From Patescibacteria group bacterium (GTDB lineage: Bacteria; Patescibacteriota; Microgenomatia; Levybacterales; UBA12049), in NCBI GenBank assembly GCA_026004395.1, contig BPJB01000001.1:584910-648909 (forward strand): 64,000 nucleotides of DNA, given 5' to 3'. The notes under the pieces are model-generated. The model did no database searches, had not been told where the DNA came from, and worked only from the letters and a program-made list of their open reading frames with translations. How positions within the stretch are numbered: position 1 is the first letter of the stretch; the number at the start of each line of letters is the position of its first letter. Below, one piece after another: positions 46,138 through 55,547 of this stretch. The position numbers were made by a program, and so were the translations under genes.

Positions 46138-46737
46138 ATGGACACTCAAAATAGTAATTTTCTTTCACGTGAACAAGCATATAGCATTCTCACAAAATAT
46201 GTTAAAACACCCAATCTGATCAAACACTCTCTTGCTACCGAAGCAGTCATGAAAGCTCTCTATCGCAGACTCTATCAAGGGACACCTCTTGATCCTAAGA
46301 TAGAAGAAGAATGGGGTATAACAGGTCTTCTTCACGATGCTGATTATGAAATATCTAAAGGACATCCGGAAAAACATGGACTTTTGCTGTTTGAGAAAGA
46401 ACCTAACAAAATCCCAGAACATATAGCTTATGCTATTAAAGCCCATAACTATGAAAAAACACTCGTTGTTCCCAAGAATCTTCTCGATTGGGCTATTGCC
46501 TGTTGTGATCAACTGACAGGTCTTATTGTTGCAGCAGCACTTATACATCCTGAGAAAAAACTTGCTCCATTAACTACAGAGTTCGTACTCAATAGATTTC
46601 ACGAAAAATCTTTTGCCAAAGGAGCGGATCGAAGATCTATTCTAAAATGTGAAGAAAAACTGCAGATTCCACTTGAAGAGTTTGTTACTATCACCCTTGA
46701 CGCAATGAAAAATATAAGTGATCAACTAGGTTTGTAG
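46138..46737 (+). CDS. HD-domain phosphohydrolase.
   Basis: HSLATEAVMKAL ... GLLHDADYE is the H...HD signature. Confidence 0.7.
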   Translation: MDTQNSNFLSREQAYSILTKYVKTPNLIKHSLATEAVMKALYRRLYQGTPLDPKIEEEWGITGLLHDADYEISKGHPEKHGLLLFEKEPNKIPEHIAYAIKAHNYEKTLVVPKNLLDWAIACCDQLTGLIVAAALIHPEKKLAPLTTEFVLNRFHEKSFAKGADRRSILKCEEKLQIPLEEFVTITLDAMKNISDQLGL

Positions 46738-46766
46738 TTATATCTCAAATCGGTTAGACTATTTTT

Positions 46767-46994
46767 ATGGCCAGAAATCAACCATACGAAAAATCATCTC
46801 TTACACTCCGTGAGATCATTGTGAATAATTTTGTAGGAGGAATTGCATGGGGACTTGGCGTAACTGTTGGACTTGCTATTCTTTTTACTATTTTAGGTTT
46901 TTTTCTGCATCAGCTTAATATTGTACCTTTTTTAGGTAATTTTATTAATGATATTGTTAAATATGTAATGAAAAATAACCCCTATTTAAGATAA
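46767..46994 (+). CDS. Small membrane protein, hypothetical.
   Basis: It is 75 aa with one TM segment (GIAWGLGVTVGLAILFTILGFFL). Confidence 0.3.
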   Translation: MARNQPYEKSSLTLREIIVNNFVGGIAWGLGVTVGLAILFTILGFFLHQLNIVPFLGNFINDIVKYVMKNNPYLR

Positions 46995-47295
46995 TTTGTG
47001 CTTCAAGATCCATAAATTGTCAGAAAGCTTCAACCAGACTATACCTTTAGTTTTTTTTAAGAGGTAGAGATTGAGAATAAAAATATTCATATTTGAAAAA
47101 TTTTTCTGTTAAAAATTAAGTCTAGAAAATAATCAGGATAAACAAACTTCTAAAATACTTCATGAGTAATGAAAATGAGTCTTTATAAACAGGACTAACT
47201 TTGCTATAGTACAGCTTAAGAGAACACATTTGACATGGTAAATTTTAGAGTAATAAAAAAATAAATGGGCAACATTGGGAAATTAAAAATCAACT

Positions 47296-49035
47296 ATGAA
47301 AAATAAAAATCAACAGGAAAAACTCAATCAACTTAGACACTCATGTTCACACCTTCTTGCAGCTGCAGTCTTGGAGCTTTGGCCCAACACCAAACCCACA
47401 ATTGGTCCTGCTATTGAAAATGGATTTTATTATGACTTTGAGTTCCAAGAAAATATAAGTGAAGAAGATCTACCCAAAATAGAGAAAAAAATGCGCGAAA
47501 TTCTTCCTACATGGGAATCTTTCTCTCATAGAGAAGTATCTGCTGACGAAGCAAAGGCTTTCTATAAAAATAATCCTTACAAACTAGAGCTTATAGATGA
47601 AATTATCAAAAAAGGCGAGAAAATCACCTTCTATAAAGCAGGCAAATTTGAGGATCTATGCAGGGGAGGGCATGTTGATCATCCCAATAAAGAAATTGGA
47701 GCATTCAAGCTTCTCTCCCTTGCAGGTGCCTATTGGCGAGGAAGTGAAAAAAATAAAATGTTGACAAGGATTTATGGAACAGCATTTCCAACACAAAAAG
47801 AGTTAAATGAGTATCTTTTAATGCTGGAGGAAGCAAAAAAACGCGATCATAAAAAACTGGGGCAGCAACTGGGATTATTTATGTTTCATGAGACAGCCCC
47901 AGGAATGCCTTATTGGCTACCAAAAGGAGTTATTATTTACAATGAACTAATCAATTTTTGGAGAGAAGAACACTACAATCGAGGATATCAGGAGATTATG
48001 TCACCTCTTTTGAATAAAAAAGCGTTATACGAAACATCTGGACATTGGGAGCATTATAGAGAAAATATGTTCGTTGTCGAAACAGAGGAGAAAGAAGTCT
48101 ATGGTATTAAAGCTATGAACTGTCCAAACGCAATGATTGTTTTTGGAAGTTCCTCTCGTTCATACCGCGATCTTCCACTTCGTCTTGGGGATACAGATAC
48201 TTTACATAGATATGAACGATCCGGAACACTTAATGGGCTCCTCAGAGTCAGAGAGTTTCGTCAAGACGATGCTCATATTTTTGTAACTGAAGAACAGATA
48301 AAATCTGAATATCAGAATATCTTTGCAATTGTTGAAAAGTTTTATTCTATATTTAAAATCTCATATTCTTTTAGATTAGGGACGAGGCCAGAAAAATACA
48401 TGGGAGACCTTAAGACATGGAATAAAGCAGAAACAGCTCTTAAAGAAATTCTCAAAGAAAGCGGAAAAGAATATACCATTGAAGAGGGCGACGGCGCATT
48501 TTATGGTCCCAAGATTGACATTTTGATGAAAGATTCATTAGGCAGATCATGGCAAATGGGAACAATTCAACTTGATTTTCAGCAGCCCAAAAATTTCAAC
48601 CTTCGTTATACCGATATTGACGGTAAGGAAAAAATGCCCGTTGTGATTCATCGAGTGGTCTATGGATCATTAGAACGATTTATTGGTATCTTGCTAGAAC
48701 ATTTTGCTGGTGCCTTCCCGATTTGGCTTTCTCCTATTCAAGTAATGTTACTTCCTATTGCCGATAGGCACGTAGAATATGCACAGGAAACAGCTGATAA
48801 ATTACGCCGCGCTAAAATAAGAGTCTCCATAGATACGCGTTCAGAAACATTGCAAGCTAAGATTCGTGAGGCTACTTTACAAAAGGTACCAATTCTGGGT
48901 ATAATAGGGGATAAAGAAATTGATCAGAATTCTATCTCGGTTAGACTGAGAAATGGAGAAGATCAAGGTCAAGTAGAAATCTCTCAATTTATACAAAGGT
49001 TAAGAGAAGACATTGATAAAAAGACACAAAGCTAA
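47296..49035 (+). CDS. thrS: Threonyl-tRNA synthetase (short form without the N-terminal TGS domain).
   Basis: Zinc-site context HSCSHLLAAAV is present, along with class II motifs and the anticodon-binding domain. It heads the thrS-infC-rpmI-rplT cluster. Confidence 0.9.
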   Translation: MKNKNQQEKLNQLRHSCSHLLAAAVLELWPNTKPTIGPAIENGFYYDFEFQENISEEDLPKIEKKMREILPTWESFSHREVSADEAKAFYKNNPYKLELIDEIIKKGEKITFYKAGKFEDLCRGGHVDHPNKEIGAFKLLSLAGAYWRGSEKNKMLTRIYGTAFPTQKELNEYLLMLEEAKKRDHKKLGQQLGLFMFHETAPGMPYWLPKGVIIYNELINFWREEHYNRGYQEIMSPLLNKKALYETSGHWEHYRENMFVVETEEKEVYGIKAMNCPNAMIVFGSSSRSYRDLPLRLGDTDTLHRYERSGTLNGLLRVREFRQDDAHIFVTEEQIKSEYQNIFAIVEKFYSIFKISYSFRLGTRPEKYMGDLKTWNKAETALKEILKESGKEYTIEEGDGAFYGPKIDILMKDSLGRSWQMGTIQLDFQQPKNFNLRYTDIDGKEKMPVVIHRVVYGSLERFIGILLEHFAGAFPIWLSPIQVMLLPIADRHVEYAQETADKLRRAKIRVSIDTRSETLQAKIREATLQKVPILGIIGDKEIDQNSISVRLRNGEDQGQVEISQFIQRLREDIDKKTQS

Positions 49036-49603
49036 ACAGGACAATCTTCGATATCAATATCGCACTAATGAGCGTATTCAGGCTCCATCAGTGCGGGTAT
49101 TAGATCAGGATGGCAAGCAGATTGGAGTGTTTTCAAGAAGAGAAGCACTACAACTGGCAGCAAATCAAGGTTTAGACCTTGTCGAGATAGCGCCACAAGC
49201 TCAGCCACCTGTTGTCAAAATTATTGATTTCAATAAGTTCCTGTATCAAGAAGCAAAGAAAAAGCAAGAGGAAAAAAGAAAAGCAAAAGTGTCTGAAACA
49301 AAAGAGATTAGACTTGGACCCTTTATGTCAGAAAATGACCTTGCGGTCATGATCAATAGAGGGAGAGAATTTCTGGAAGAAGGAGATAAAATTAGACTTG
49401 TTGTCAAATTTAAAGGACGACAAATTACTCATCCAGAATTTGGAAATAATATAATTAATAGAGTAATTGATGCTCTCAAAGACTTCTCAAAAGTTGACAG
49501 AGAGCCACATATGGAGGGGAAGCAAATGATAGCGCTTCTCTCACCGGAAAGGAAAAAACATGCCGAAAAAAAAGATCAAAAGATCAGTAGCACGAAGATT
49601 TAA
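49013..49603 (+). CDS. infC: Translation initiation factor IF-3.
   Basis: VRVLDQDGKQIGVFSRREALQLAANQGLDLVEIAPQAQPPVVKIIDFNKFLY matches the IF3 N-domain consensus. The ATG at 49013 overlaps the thrS 3' end by 23 nt. Confidence 0.85.
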   Translation: MIKRHKAKQDNLRYQYRTNERIQAPSVRVLDQDGKQIGVFSRREALQLAANQGLDLVEIAPQAQPPVVKIIDFNKFLYQEAKKKQEEKRKAKVSETKEIRLGPFMSENDLAVMINRGREFLEEGDKIRLVVKFKGRQITHPEFGNNIINRVIDALKDFSKVDREPHMEGKQMIALLSPERKKHAEKKDQKISSTKI

Positions 49604-49757
49604 AATCACCAAAACCGGAAAGGTGATGTTTGGTCATCAATACGGAAGTCATTTAAAACTTAAAAAGTCAAAACGTAGAATTCGTCGTCAAAAAGAGCCA
49701 GGAGTTCTTACTGGTACATTTGCAAAGAAAATAAAAAAGATGCTCGGAGCTGCATAA
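49560..49757 (+). CDS. rpmI: 50S ribosomal protein L35.
   Basis: MPKKKIKRSVARRFKITKTGKV. Confidence 0.9.
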   Translation: MPKKKIKRSVARRFKITKTGKVMFGHQYGSHLKLKKSKRRIRRQKEPGVLTGTFAKKIKKMLGAA

Positions 49758-49840
49758 AAAGTAAAGTAATTTAGCAGAAGGAAATTAGCTTTCAGCTTAT
49801 CGAGAATTAAAAAAATTAGTTGTAATTGGAATAAATCATT

Positions 49841-50191
49841 ATGGCAAGAGTCAAAAGAGGCGTCATATCACGCGCAAAACATAAAAAACTGCTCAGTCTT
49901 ACTAAAGGTTATAGAGGCACAAAATCGCGTCTAGTTAAAGTTGCACGCGAGGCAGAGCTTCATGCTGGTCAATATGCTTATCATGGTCGCAAATTACGCA
50001 AACGAGACTTTCGTACTCTCTGGATCACGCGCATTGGTGAAGCTGTTAAAAAGGAAAATCTTTCATATAGTAAATTTATGAACAAATTGAAAAAAGCTCA
50101 TATTGAACTTGATCGTAAAATCCTCAGTGATCTAGTAGTCAATGAGCCAGAAGTTTTTAAAAAATTAGTTGACAAAGTCAAGAGTTTATAA
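49841..50191 (+). CDS. rplT: 50S ribosomal protein L20.
   Basis: MARVKRGVISRAKHKKLLSLTKGYRGTKSRLVKVAREA. Confidence 0.9.
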   Translation: MARVKRGVISRAKHKKLLSLTKGYRGTKSRLVKVAREAELHAGQYAYHGRKLRKRDFRTLWITRIGEAVKKENLSYSKFMNKLKKAHIELDRKILSDLVVNEPEVFKKLVDKVKSL

Positions 50192-50311
50192 TAGTATCAT
50201 AAAACTTACTATGAATAGAGCTTTTTATTTTTGGTTTTACTTTACTCCCTACTCGGGAGGTGTGTTAGTGGCGTAAAAGTCAACTAACAAAGGTAAAACC
50301 ACCTTTGACTA

Positions 50312-50334
50312 CCTCCCAAAAGGGAGGTTTTTTT
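50312..50334 (+). terminator. Leader copy 3 hairpin (cctccc-aaaa-gggagg followed by T7) upstream of the aromatic amino-acid operon.
   Basis: It has the same arms and U-run as copies 1 and 2. The upstream cgggaggt (50254..50261) is complementary to acctccc. It also serves as a plausible terminator for rplT. Confidence 0.5.
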
Positions 50335-50343
50335 GTTGAGAAT

Positions 50344-50571
50344 ATGGAATTAGATAGATTTTTACCAACAAAAGGTATACCAAAAGCAGAACTTATTATT
50401 GACAAAAAGACTGGTCTACCATTAACCGTAAGACCTGATAGACAACCTACGCTGGGATTTTGTGAAAATCCAGTTCTATCAGGTGGTCAGCGAATGTCTT
50501 TAACTGATGAAAAAGAATTTGTTATTTACGAAGCAAAGGTAAATAAACCTGAAAAACCGTTAGGATACTAA
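50344..50571 (+). CDS. Small hypothetical protein (75 aa from ATG 50344), the first gene of the aromatic amino-acid operon.
   Basis: The track ORF begins at a TTG (50305) that lies inside the hairpin, so the ATG at 50344 is preferred. No motif was recognised. Its stop is 1 nt before the DAHP synthase start. Confidence 0.35.
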   Translation: MELDRFLPTKGIPKAELIIDKKTGLPLTVRPDRQPTLGFCENPVLSGGQRMSLTDEKEFVIYEAKVNKPEKPLGY

Positions 50572-50572
50572 T

Positions 50573-51397
50573 ATGATTGAGAATTTAAGAAAACCTATCA
50601 TTATAGCTGGACCATGTGCTGCTGAGAATATGCCGCAAATAGAGTTAACCATTCGTGAGGTTAAAACGCGTGAAATACCCATAATGCGAGCATCAATAGT
50701 TAAACCTCGAACAGAAAACAGCTGGGATGGAATTGGAATAGAGGAAGGAATCCCTATACTAAGAAGAATAAAAGAAGCTGGACTTATTCCTGCTACTGAG
50801 GTCCTTGACATCGAGGAAGCACAAAAAGTTATTGATGGTGTTCTAGGGCAAGATGAAGGAAATATTATGCTTTGGATTGGAGCTCGCAATCAAAATCATC
50901 GCTTTCAGCGCAATCTAGGAAAACTCGCTAGTGAAGATAGGCGTCTGATAGTTGGCGCAAAAAATCAAATATGGTCTGGTGATGCAGAGAGACACTTTAG
51001 AGGCATAATCTCGCATATTTGTGATGGTGGTGGATTTGATAGATCCAGGCTAATTATGATCCATAGAGGTTTTTCTGATACAAACACTAAAGGTTATCGA
51101 AATACACCCGATTATAATATGGCACTGAAAATCAAATACGAGGAAGGAGTTATCATGCTTCTTGATCCATCTCATATTGGCGGAAGCATAGAAAAAGTCA
51201 TAGAAGTAACACAAGAAGGAATGACATTGGAAAGGCAGGGTGTTATTTTTGATGGATTAATGATCGAAATTCACCCAAATAGAGATACTGCAAAGACAGA
51301 TTCAAAACAACAGCTTACTTGGAGAGAATATGACGAATATATCGAACCCCTAGTAAGAGGAGGTACTATCTATGAAACAAAGTCAGCAGCAGACTAA
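50573..51397 (+). CDS. 3-deoxy-D-arabino-heptulosonate-7-phosphate synthase (type I-beta, catalytic core only).
   Basis: IIAGPCAAE, KPRTENSWDG and LLDPSH blocks indicate the DAHPS/KDO8PS family. KPRT rather than KANRS, together with the aromatic-operon context, favours DAHPS. Confidence 0.65.
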   Translation: MIENLRKPIIIAGPCAAENMPQIELTIREVKTREIPIMRASIVKPRTENSWDGIGIEEGIPILRRIKEAGLIPATEVLDIEEAQKVIDGVLGQDEGNIMLWIGARNQNHRFQRNLGKLASEDRRLIVGAKNQIWSGDAERHFRGIISHICDGGGFDRSRLIMIHRGFSDTNTKGYRNTPDYNMALKIKYEEGVIMLLDPSHIGGSIEKVIEVTQEGMTLERQGVIFDGLMIEIHPNRDTAKTDSKQQLTWREYDEYIEPLVRGGTIYETKSAAD

Positions 51398-53057
51398 ACC
51401 TAATGTTCTTATTATAGGTGGTAGCGGACGAATGGGGAAGTGGTTTCAATCGTTTTTTGAAAGCAAGAAGATTAGCGTTCTTATTTATGGAAGAGCATCA
51501 AAAAAATCTCTAACTAAGCTTCTGAAAAAAACTGACATCATTATAGTCTCTGTTCCTATTTTTCAGACAGAAAAGACAATCAAATCAGTTCTTCCATATC
51601 TTCGAAGCGATCAACTTCTCTGCGATATAGCATCTCTTAAAGACCTTTCACTCAAAGCTATGAAGGATGCCAAGTGTGGAACGCTAGGAATGCATCCTCT
51701 ATTTGGACCAAGCATTCTTTCTCCTCAAGGACAAAAAATTGTTTTTTGCCACCAGCATGATAACGATCATGTCACATTTCTAAAAGAACTTTTTTTGCAA
51801 TCAGGAATGGAAATTGTCGATCTTAAAACATCAGAACATGATCAACAAATGGCAGTTATCCAAGCTCTAATTCATGCAGTAAATATCTCACTTGCAAAAA
51901 CCCTTGATAACCAAACATCAATTAATGCTAAATTACAAACACCTCTTTTTACTCTTCAATCTCTTGTTACAAGTAGAGTACTGCAACAAGAACCGCATCT
52001 TATAACGGACATACAACTGCTCAATCCGCATTTCTTGCCAATAATCAAGGAGTTACAAAAATCCATTAATTTATTGGTAGACATTAATATCAAGCAGGAT
52101 CGGCAAAGATTCACTGATCTTTTAGAAAAGCTTCGCAAGAAAACACAGAAAATTGCTCCATATGCTCTCTATCAAACAAATAAAATTCTTACCATGATTG
52201 ATGATCAATCTTTAAATTTGTCTTCGTCATCTCTACAAATAGATCCAAATTTTCCCTTAAAAGTAGCATATCTTGGCCCTGAGGGAACAAATACTCACCA
52301 GGCTGCAATGAAAGTATTTGATAATCAAAAAAATATTTTTGTTGCTAAAGAAGTCATTGATGATATTTTTCAAGCAGTTAATGAAGATGAAGTGGATGCT
52401 GGTATTGTACCTGCTGAAAATTCACTTCAGGGGACAGTGCGTGAAACATTAGATTTACTCTCTAATTCTCCACTTAAAGTTGTTGGCTCATTCACGCTAC
52501 CTATTCACCACTGTCTTCTCTCATTGGAAAACAATTTTAAAAAGATCACAACAGTTGTATCTCATCCTCAAGCACTGGCTCAATGCAAAAATTGGCTAAC
52601 AGATAATCTCCCTAAAGCAAAAATAGTTACAACTACAAGTACTACAGCTTCTTTAAAGAGTCCAAGAAAACACGAAGCTTATATCGCCTCAGAAAAAGCT
52701 AGCAAGATTTATAAAGTTCCGATTCTTGCAAAAAATATTGAAGATAACGCAAGTAATTTAACGCGCTTTTATGTTATTGCCAAATACGATCTTCCAGTAA
52801 AAGGTCTGAATCAAAGCAATACGTTACTCTTTCTGACGATTTTTAATCGTGTGGGAATTCTTAGAGATATACTTGATGTATTTGCTCGTAAGGGAATCAG
52901 TTTAACTAAATTAGAATCTCGTCCAAGCCTTGAAAAAGTCTGGGACTACTGTTTTTATATTGAAGTTGACCACGAACAAGAAAGTAAAAAACTTAAAAGA
53001 GCATTAACTGAGATACAAAAATACTGTAGTACAGTTCGTATCTTAGGACGAACATAA
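51372..53057 (+). CDS. Fused prephenate dehydrogenase (TyrA) and prephenate dehydratase plus ACT domain (PheA).
   Basis: The N-terminal Rossmann fold is VLIIGGSGRMGKWF, with LGMHPLFGP (TyrA). The C-terminal half has VAYLGPEGTNTHQAAMKVF (PDT) and TKLESRPS (the ACT/PheA hallmark). Confidence 0.7.
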   Translation: MKQSQQQTKPNVLIIGGSGRMGKWFQSFFESKKISVLIYGRASKKSLTKLLKKTDIIIVSVPIFQTEKTIKSVLPYLRSDQLLCDIASLKDLSLKAMKDAKCGTLGMHPLFGPSILSPQGQKIVFCHQHDNDHVTFLKELFLQSGMEIVDLKTSEHDQQMAVIQALIHAVNISLAKTLDNQTSINAKLQTPLFTLQSLVTSRVLQQEPHLITDIQLLNPHFLPIIKELQKSINLLVDINIKQDRQRFTDLLEKLRKKTQKIAPYALYQTNKILTMIDDQSLNLSSSSLQIDPNFPLKVAYLGPEGTNTHQAAMKVFDNQKNIFVAKEVIDDIFQAVNEDEVDAGIVPAENSLQGTVRETLDLLSNSPLKVVGSFTLPIHHCLLSLENNFKKITTVVSHPQALAQCKNWLTDNLPKAKIVTTTSTTASLKSPRKHEAYIASEKASKIYKVPILAKNIEDNASNLTRFYVIAKYDLPVKGLNQSNTLLFLTIFNRVGILRDILDVFARKGISLTKLESRPSLEKVWDYCFYIEVDHEQESKKLKRALTEIQKYCSTVRILGRT

Positions 53058-53104
53058 ATGTTGTGCTTAGGAGAATTTATCAGTATACTTAATACTATAA
53101 TACT

Positions 53105-53365
53105 ATGAAAGACCTTGCAAAATTACGTACAGAAATTACACAACTAGATACACAACTTTTAACACTTCTTGCAAAGCGATTACAGCTTGTTAGCAAAATA
53201 GGAGAATACAAAAAAATGCACAATTTACCTATTAGAGATGAAAAACGAGAACAGGAAATCTTACAAGATCTTTATGAGAAAGGAAAGAGTTTACATATCT
53301 CTCAAGAATTAATTAAATTTATCTGGAAAAGAATATTTCAGGAAGCTTACAAGCTTGAAAATTAA
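53105..53365 (+). CDS. Chorismate mutase (AroQ class).
   Basis: It is 86 aa. LRTEITQLDTQLLTLLAKRLQLVSKIGEYKK fits AroQ helix 1. Confidence 0.65.
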   Translation: MKDLAKLRTEITQLDTQLLTLLAKRLQLVSKIGEYKKMHNLPIRDEKREQEILQDLYEKGKSLHISQELIKFIWKRIFQEAYKLEN

Positions 53366-54289
53366 ATGATGGAACAGATACTTTATTTTAACGGTAAATT
53401 TGTAAAAGAATCCGAAGTGCGTATTTCACCAATGACACACGCCCTTCATTACGGCACTGGATGTTTTGAGGGTATACGCGCTTATTACAATAACGATGAT
53501 AATGCTCTTTATATTTTTCGAATGAAAGAGCATTTCGAGCGATTCAAAAAATCCTGTAAATTGCTTTTTATTACTCTTCCTCATAGCGTTGATGAGCTTT
53601 GTGAGGTAACTAAAAAATTAGTTCAAAAGAACTTTAATGAAACGGATCTTTATATCAGACCTCTAGCATATAAATCCGATCTTGCAGTTGGTAACTTTCA
53701 TTTACCTTCGCTTAAGGATAGCCTACTCATTTATACTGTACCCCTTGGTCGCTATTTACAAGCAGAGGAAGGAATACGAGTAAATGTCTCCTCGTGGACA
53801 AGAGTAAGTGATAATTCTATTCCTCCACGAGCAAAAATTACAGGATCCTATATCAATACAGCACTTGCAAAAACAGAAAGTGTATTTAATGGGTATCATG
53901 AGGCTCTCTTCATGGATAAAAACGGTCATATAGTTGAAGGAAGTGCAGAAAACATTTTTGTAGTGAAAAACGGCAAGATTTACACTCCTTATGTTGCTGA
54001 TGATATTTTGCAAGGAATAACACGCGATACCATAATTAAACTTTGTCAAGATGAATTAGGAATTGCAGTTGAGGAAAGAAGTATTGATCGCTCGGAACTC
54101 TATCAGGTTGATGAAATATTTTTGGTAGGAACAGGAGCAGAAGTATCTTCGGTTGTAGAAGTTGATAAAAGAGAAATAGGAGATGGAAAAGTTGGTCCAA
54201 TTGCAAAACGGATAAAAGAACTGTACTTTGATATCGTACATGGTAAAAATAAAAAATATCAGCAATGGTTAACAAAGGTAACAAAATAG
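53366..54289 (+). CDS. Class IV (branched-chain/D-amino-acid type) aminotransferase, probably serving as the aromatic aminotransferase here.
   Basis: HYGTGCFEGIRAY ... VVEVDKREIGDG matches the BCAT fold-type IV pattern. Confidence 0.75.
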   Translation: MMEQILYFNGKFVKESEVRISPMTHALHYGTGCFEGIRAYYNNDDNALYIFRMKEHFERFKKSCKLLFITLPHSVDELCEVTKKLVQKNFNETDLYIRPLAYKSDLAVGNFHLPSLKDSLLIYTVPLGRYLQAEEGIRVNVSSWTRVSDNSIPPRAKITGSYINTALAKTESVFNGYHEALFMDKNGHIVEGSAENIFVVKNGKIYTPYVADDILQGITRDTIIKLCQDELGIAVEERSIDRSELYQVDEIFLVGTGAEVSSVVEVDKREIGDGKVGPIAKRIKELYFDIVHGKNKKYQQWLTKVTK

Positions 54290-54412
54290 CAAAAAGGAGA
54301 TATCTATTATCCTATAATAAAACTTAGTTAACCAAAGAAATAGAAAGGAGAAGTAGAATTTTTTCAGAGAAAAAACTGAAGTTATTAAAAAATTTTCTTT
54401 GAGGATTTTATT

Positions 54413-55471
54413 ATGGAGCAAGAATTAATGACAATTAAAAACAATGCACTCTCACTGATTCTTGATGCGAAAAGTGAGAAAGAACTTGAAGAAATTAAAC
54501 TGCAGTTTCTAGGAAAAAATGGAACGCTCACTCTTGCTATGAAAGAGATAGCAAAACTTCCTCAGAAAAAAAGACCAGAAGTGGGAAAACTAGCAAATGA
54601 AGTCAAGCAAATTATTGAGGATGCTATAGAGAACGCAAAACATTCCTTCCGCGAACAAAAAATTAAAAAAATGCAAAAAATTGATGTAACTGACCCTGGA
54701 ATAAGTCCTCCCTTGGGACATCTCCATCTTGTAACACAAGCAATTGAGGAGATTACGCGTATTTTTGAAAGAATAGGATTTACTCGCGTTCGCTACCCTG
54801 AGGTTGAATGGGACTGGTATGCGTTTGAAGGACTTAATTTTCCTCAAAACCATCCAGCACGAGACGAATGGGAGACTTTTTTTATTAAGCAAGATCCTGA
54901 CCCTAAAAAAGGTCCAGTTCTTCTCACACCTCATACATCATCAGGACAAATTCGGGAAATGGAACGGCAAGTTGCTCTTCAGAAAAAAACAGGAAAAGAG
55001 ATTTCAATCCGGATGTTAAATATAGCCAAAACATATAGACGACAATCTGATGTATCACACACACCTATGTTTCACCAGTTTGAAACACTTGTTGTAGATA
55101 AAAATATTTCTATTGCCGATCTAAAAGGTGTATTAGAATATTTTGTAAAATCATATTTTGGAGAGAAAAGAAAATCAAGAATACGACCATATCATTTTCA
55201 ATTTACTGAACCTTCTTTTGAGACAGATGTTTCCTGCGGTATCTGTGACGGATCGGGTTGCAAACTCTGTAAGGATGGTTGGCTGGAACTGGGAGGAGCG
55301 GGCATGGTCCATCCCAATGTGCTCAAAAACTGCGGAATTGATCCTAAGATTTACTCCGGTTTTGCATCTGGTTGGGGAGTAGAAAGAGTTCTTATGATGC
55401 GAGAAGGAATAGAAATTGATGATTTGAGATTGCTTTATTCAAATAGAGTAGAGTTTTTAGAACAATTTTAA
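54413..55471 (+). CDS. pheS: Phenylalanyl-tRNA synthetase alpha subunit.
   Basis: FQFTEPSFETDVSC...GWLELGGAGMVHPNVL...GFASGWGVERVLMM are class II motifs 2 and 3 of PheS. Confidence 0.9.
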   Translation: MEQELMTIKNNALSLILDAKSEKELEEIKLQFLGKNGTLTLAMKEIAKLPQKKRPEVGKLANEVKQIIEDAIENAKHSFREQKIKKMQKIDVTDPGISPPLGHLHLVTQAIEEITRIFERIGFTRVRYPEVEWDWYAFEGLNFPQNHPARDEWETFFIKQDPDPKKGPVLLTPHTSSGQIREMERQVALQKKTGKEISIRMLNIAKTYRRQSDVSHTPMFHQFETLVVDKNISIADLKGVLEYFVKSYFGEKRKSRIRPYHFQFTEPSFETDVSCGICDGSGCKLCKDGWLELGGAGMVHPNVLKNCGIDPKIYSGFASGWGVERVLMMREGIEIDDLRLLYSNRVEFLEQF

Positions 55472-55547
55472 TGTTTAGGGAAAAATTCAAGCTACATTTG
55501 CAAAATTTTTTAAATTGAATTTGCATGAATAGAGTATTAGTAAATAT

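Noticed and set aside
49013-49035. A non-ATG (AUU) start for infC downstream of the thrS stop, as in E. coli.
   Set aside because: No in-frame ATT/ATA with a Shine-Dalgarno sequence is evident after the thrS stop. The ATG at 49013, overlapping thrS by 23 nt, is the simplest reading.
50305-50343. A TTG start at 50305 for the first gene of the aromatic operon.
   Set aside because: The TTG and the first 13 codons lie inside the cctccc/gggagg hairpin and U-run. The ATG at 50344 is the plausible start.
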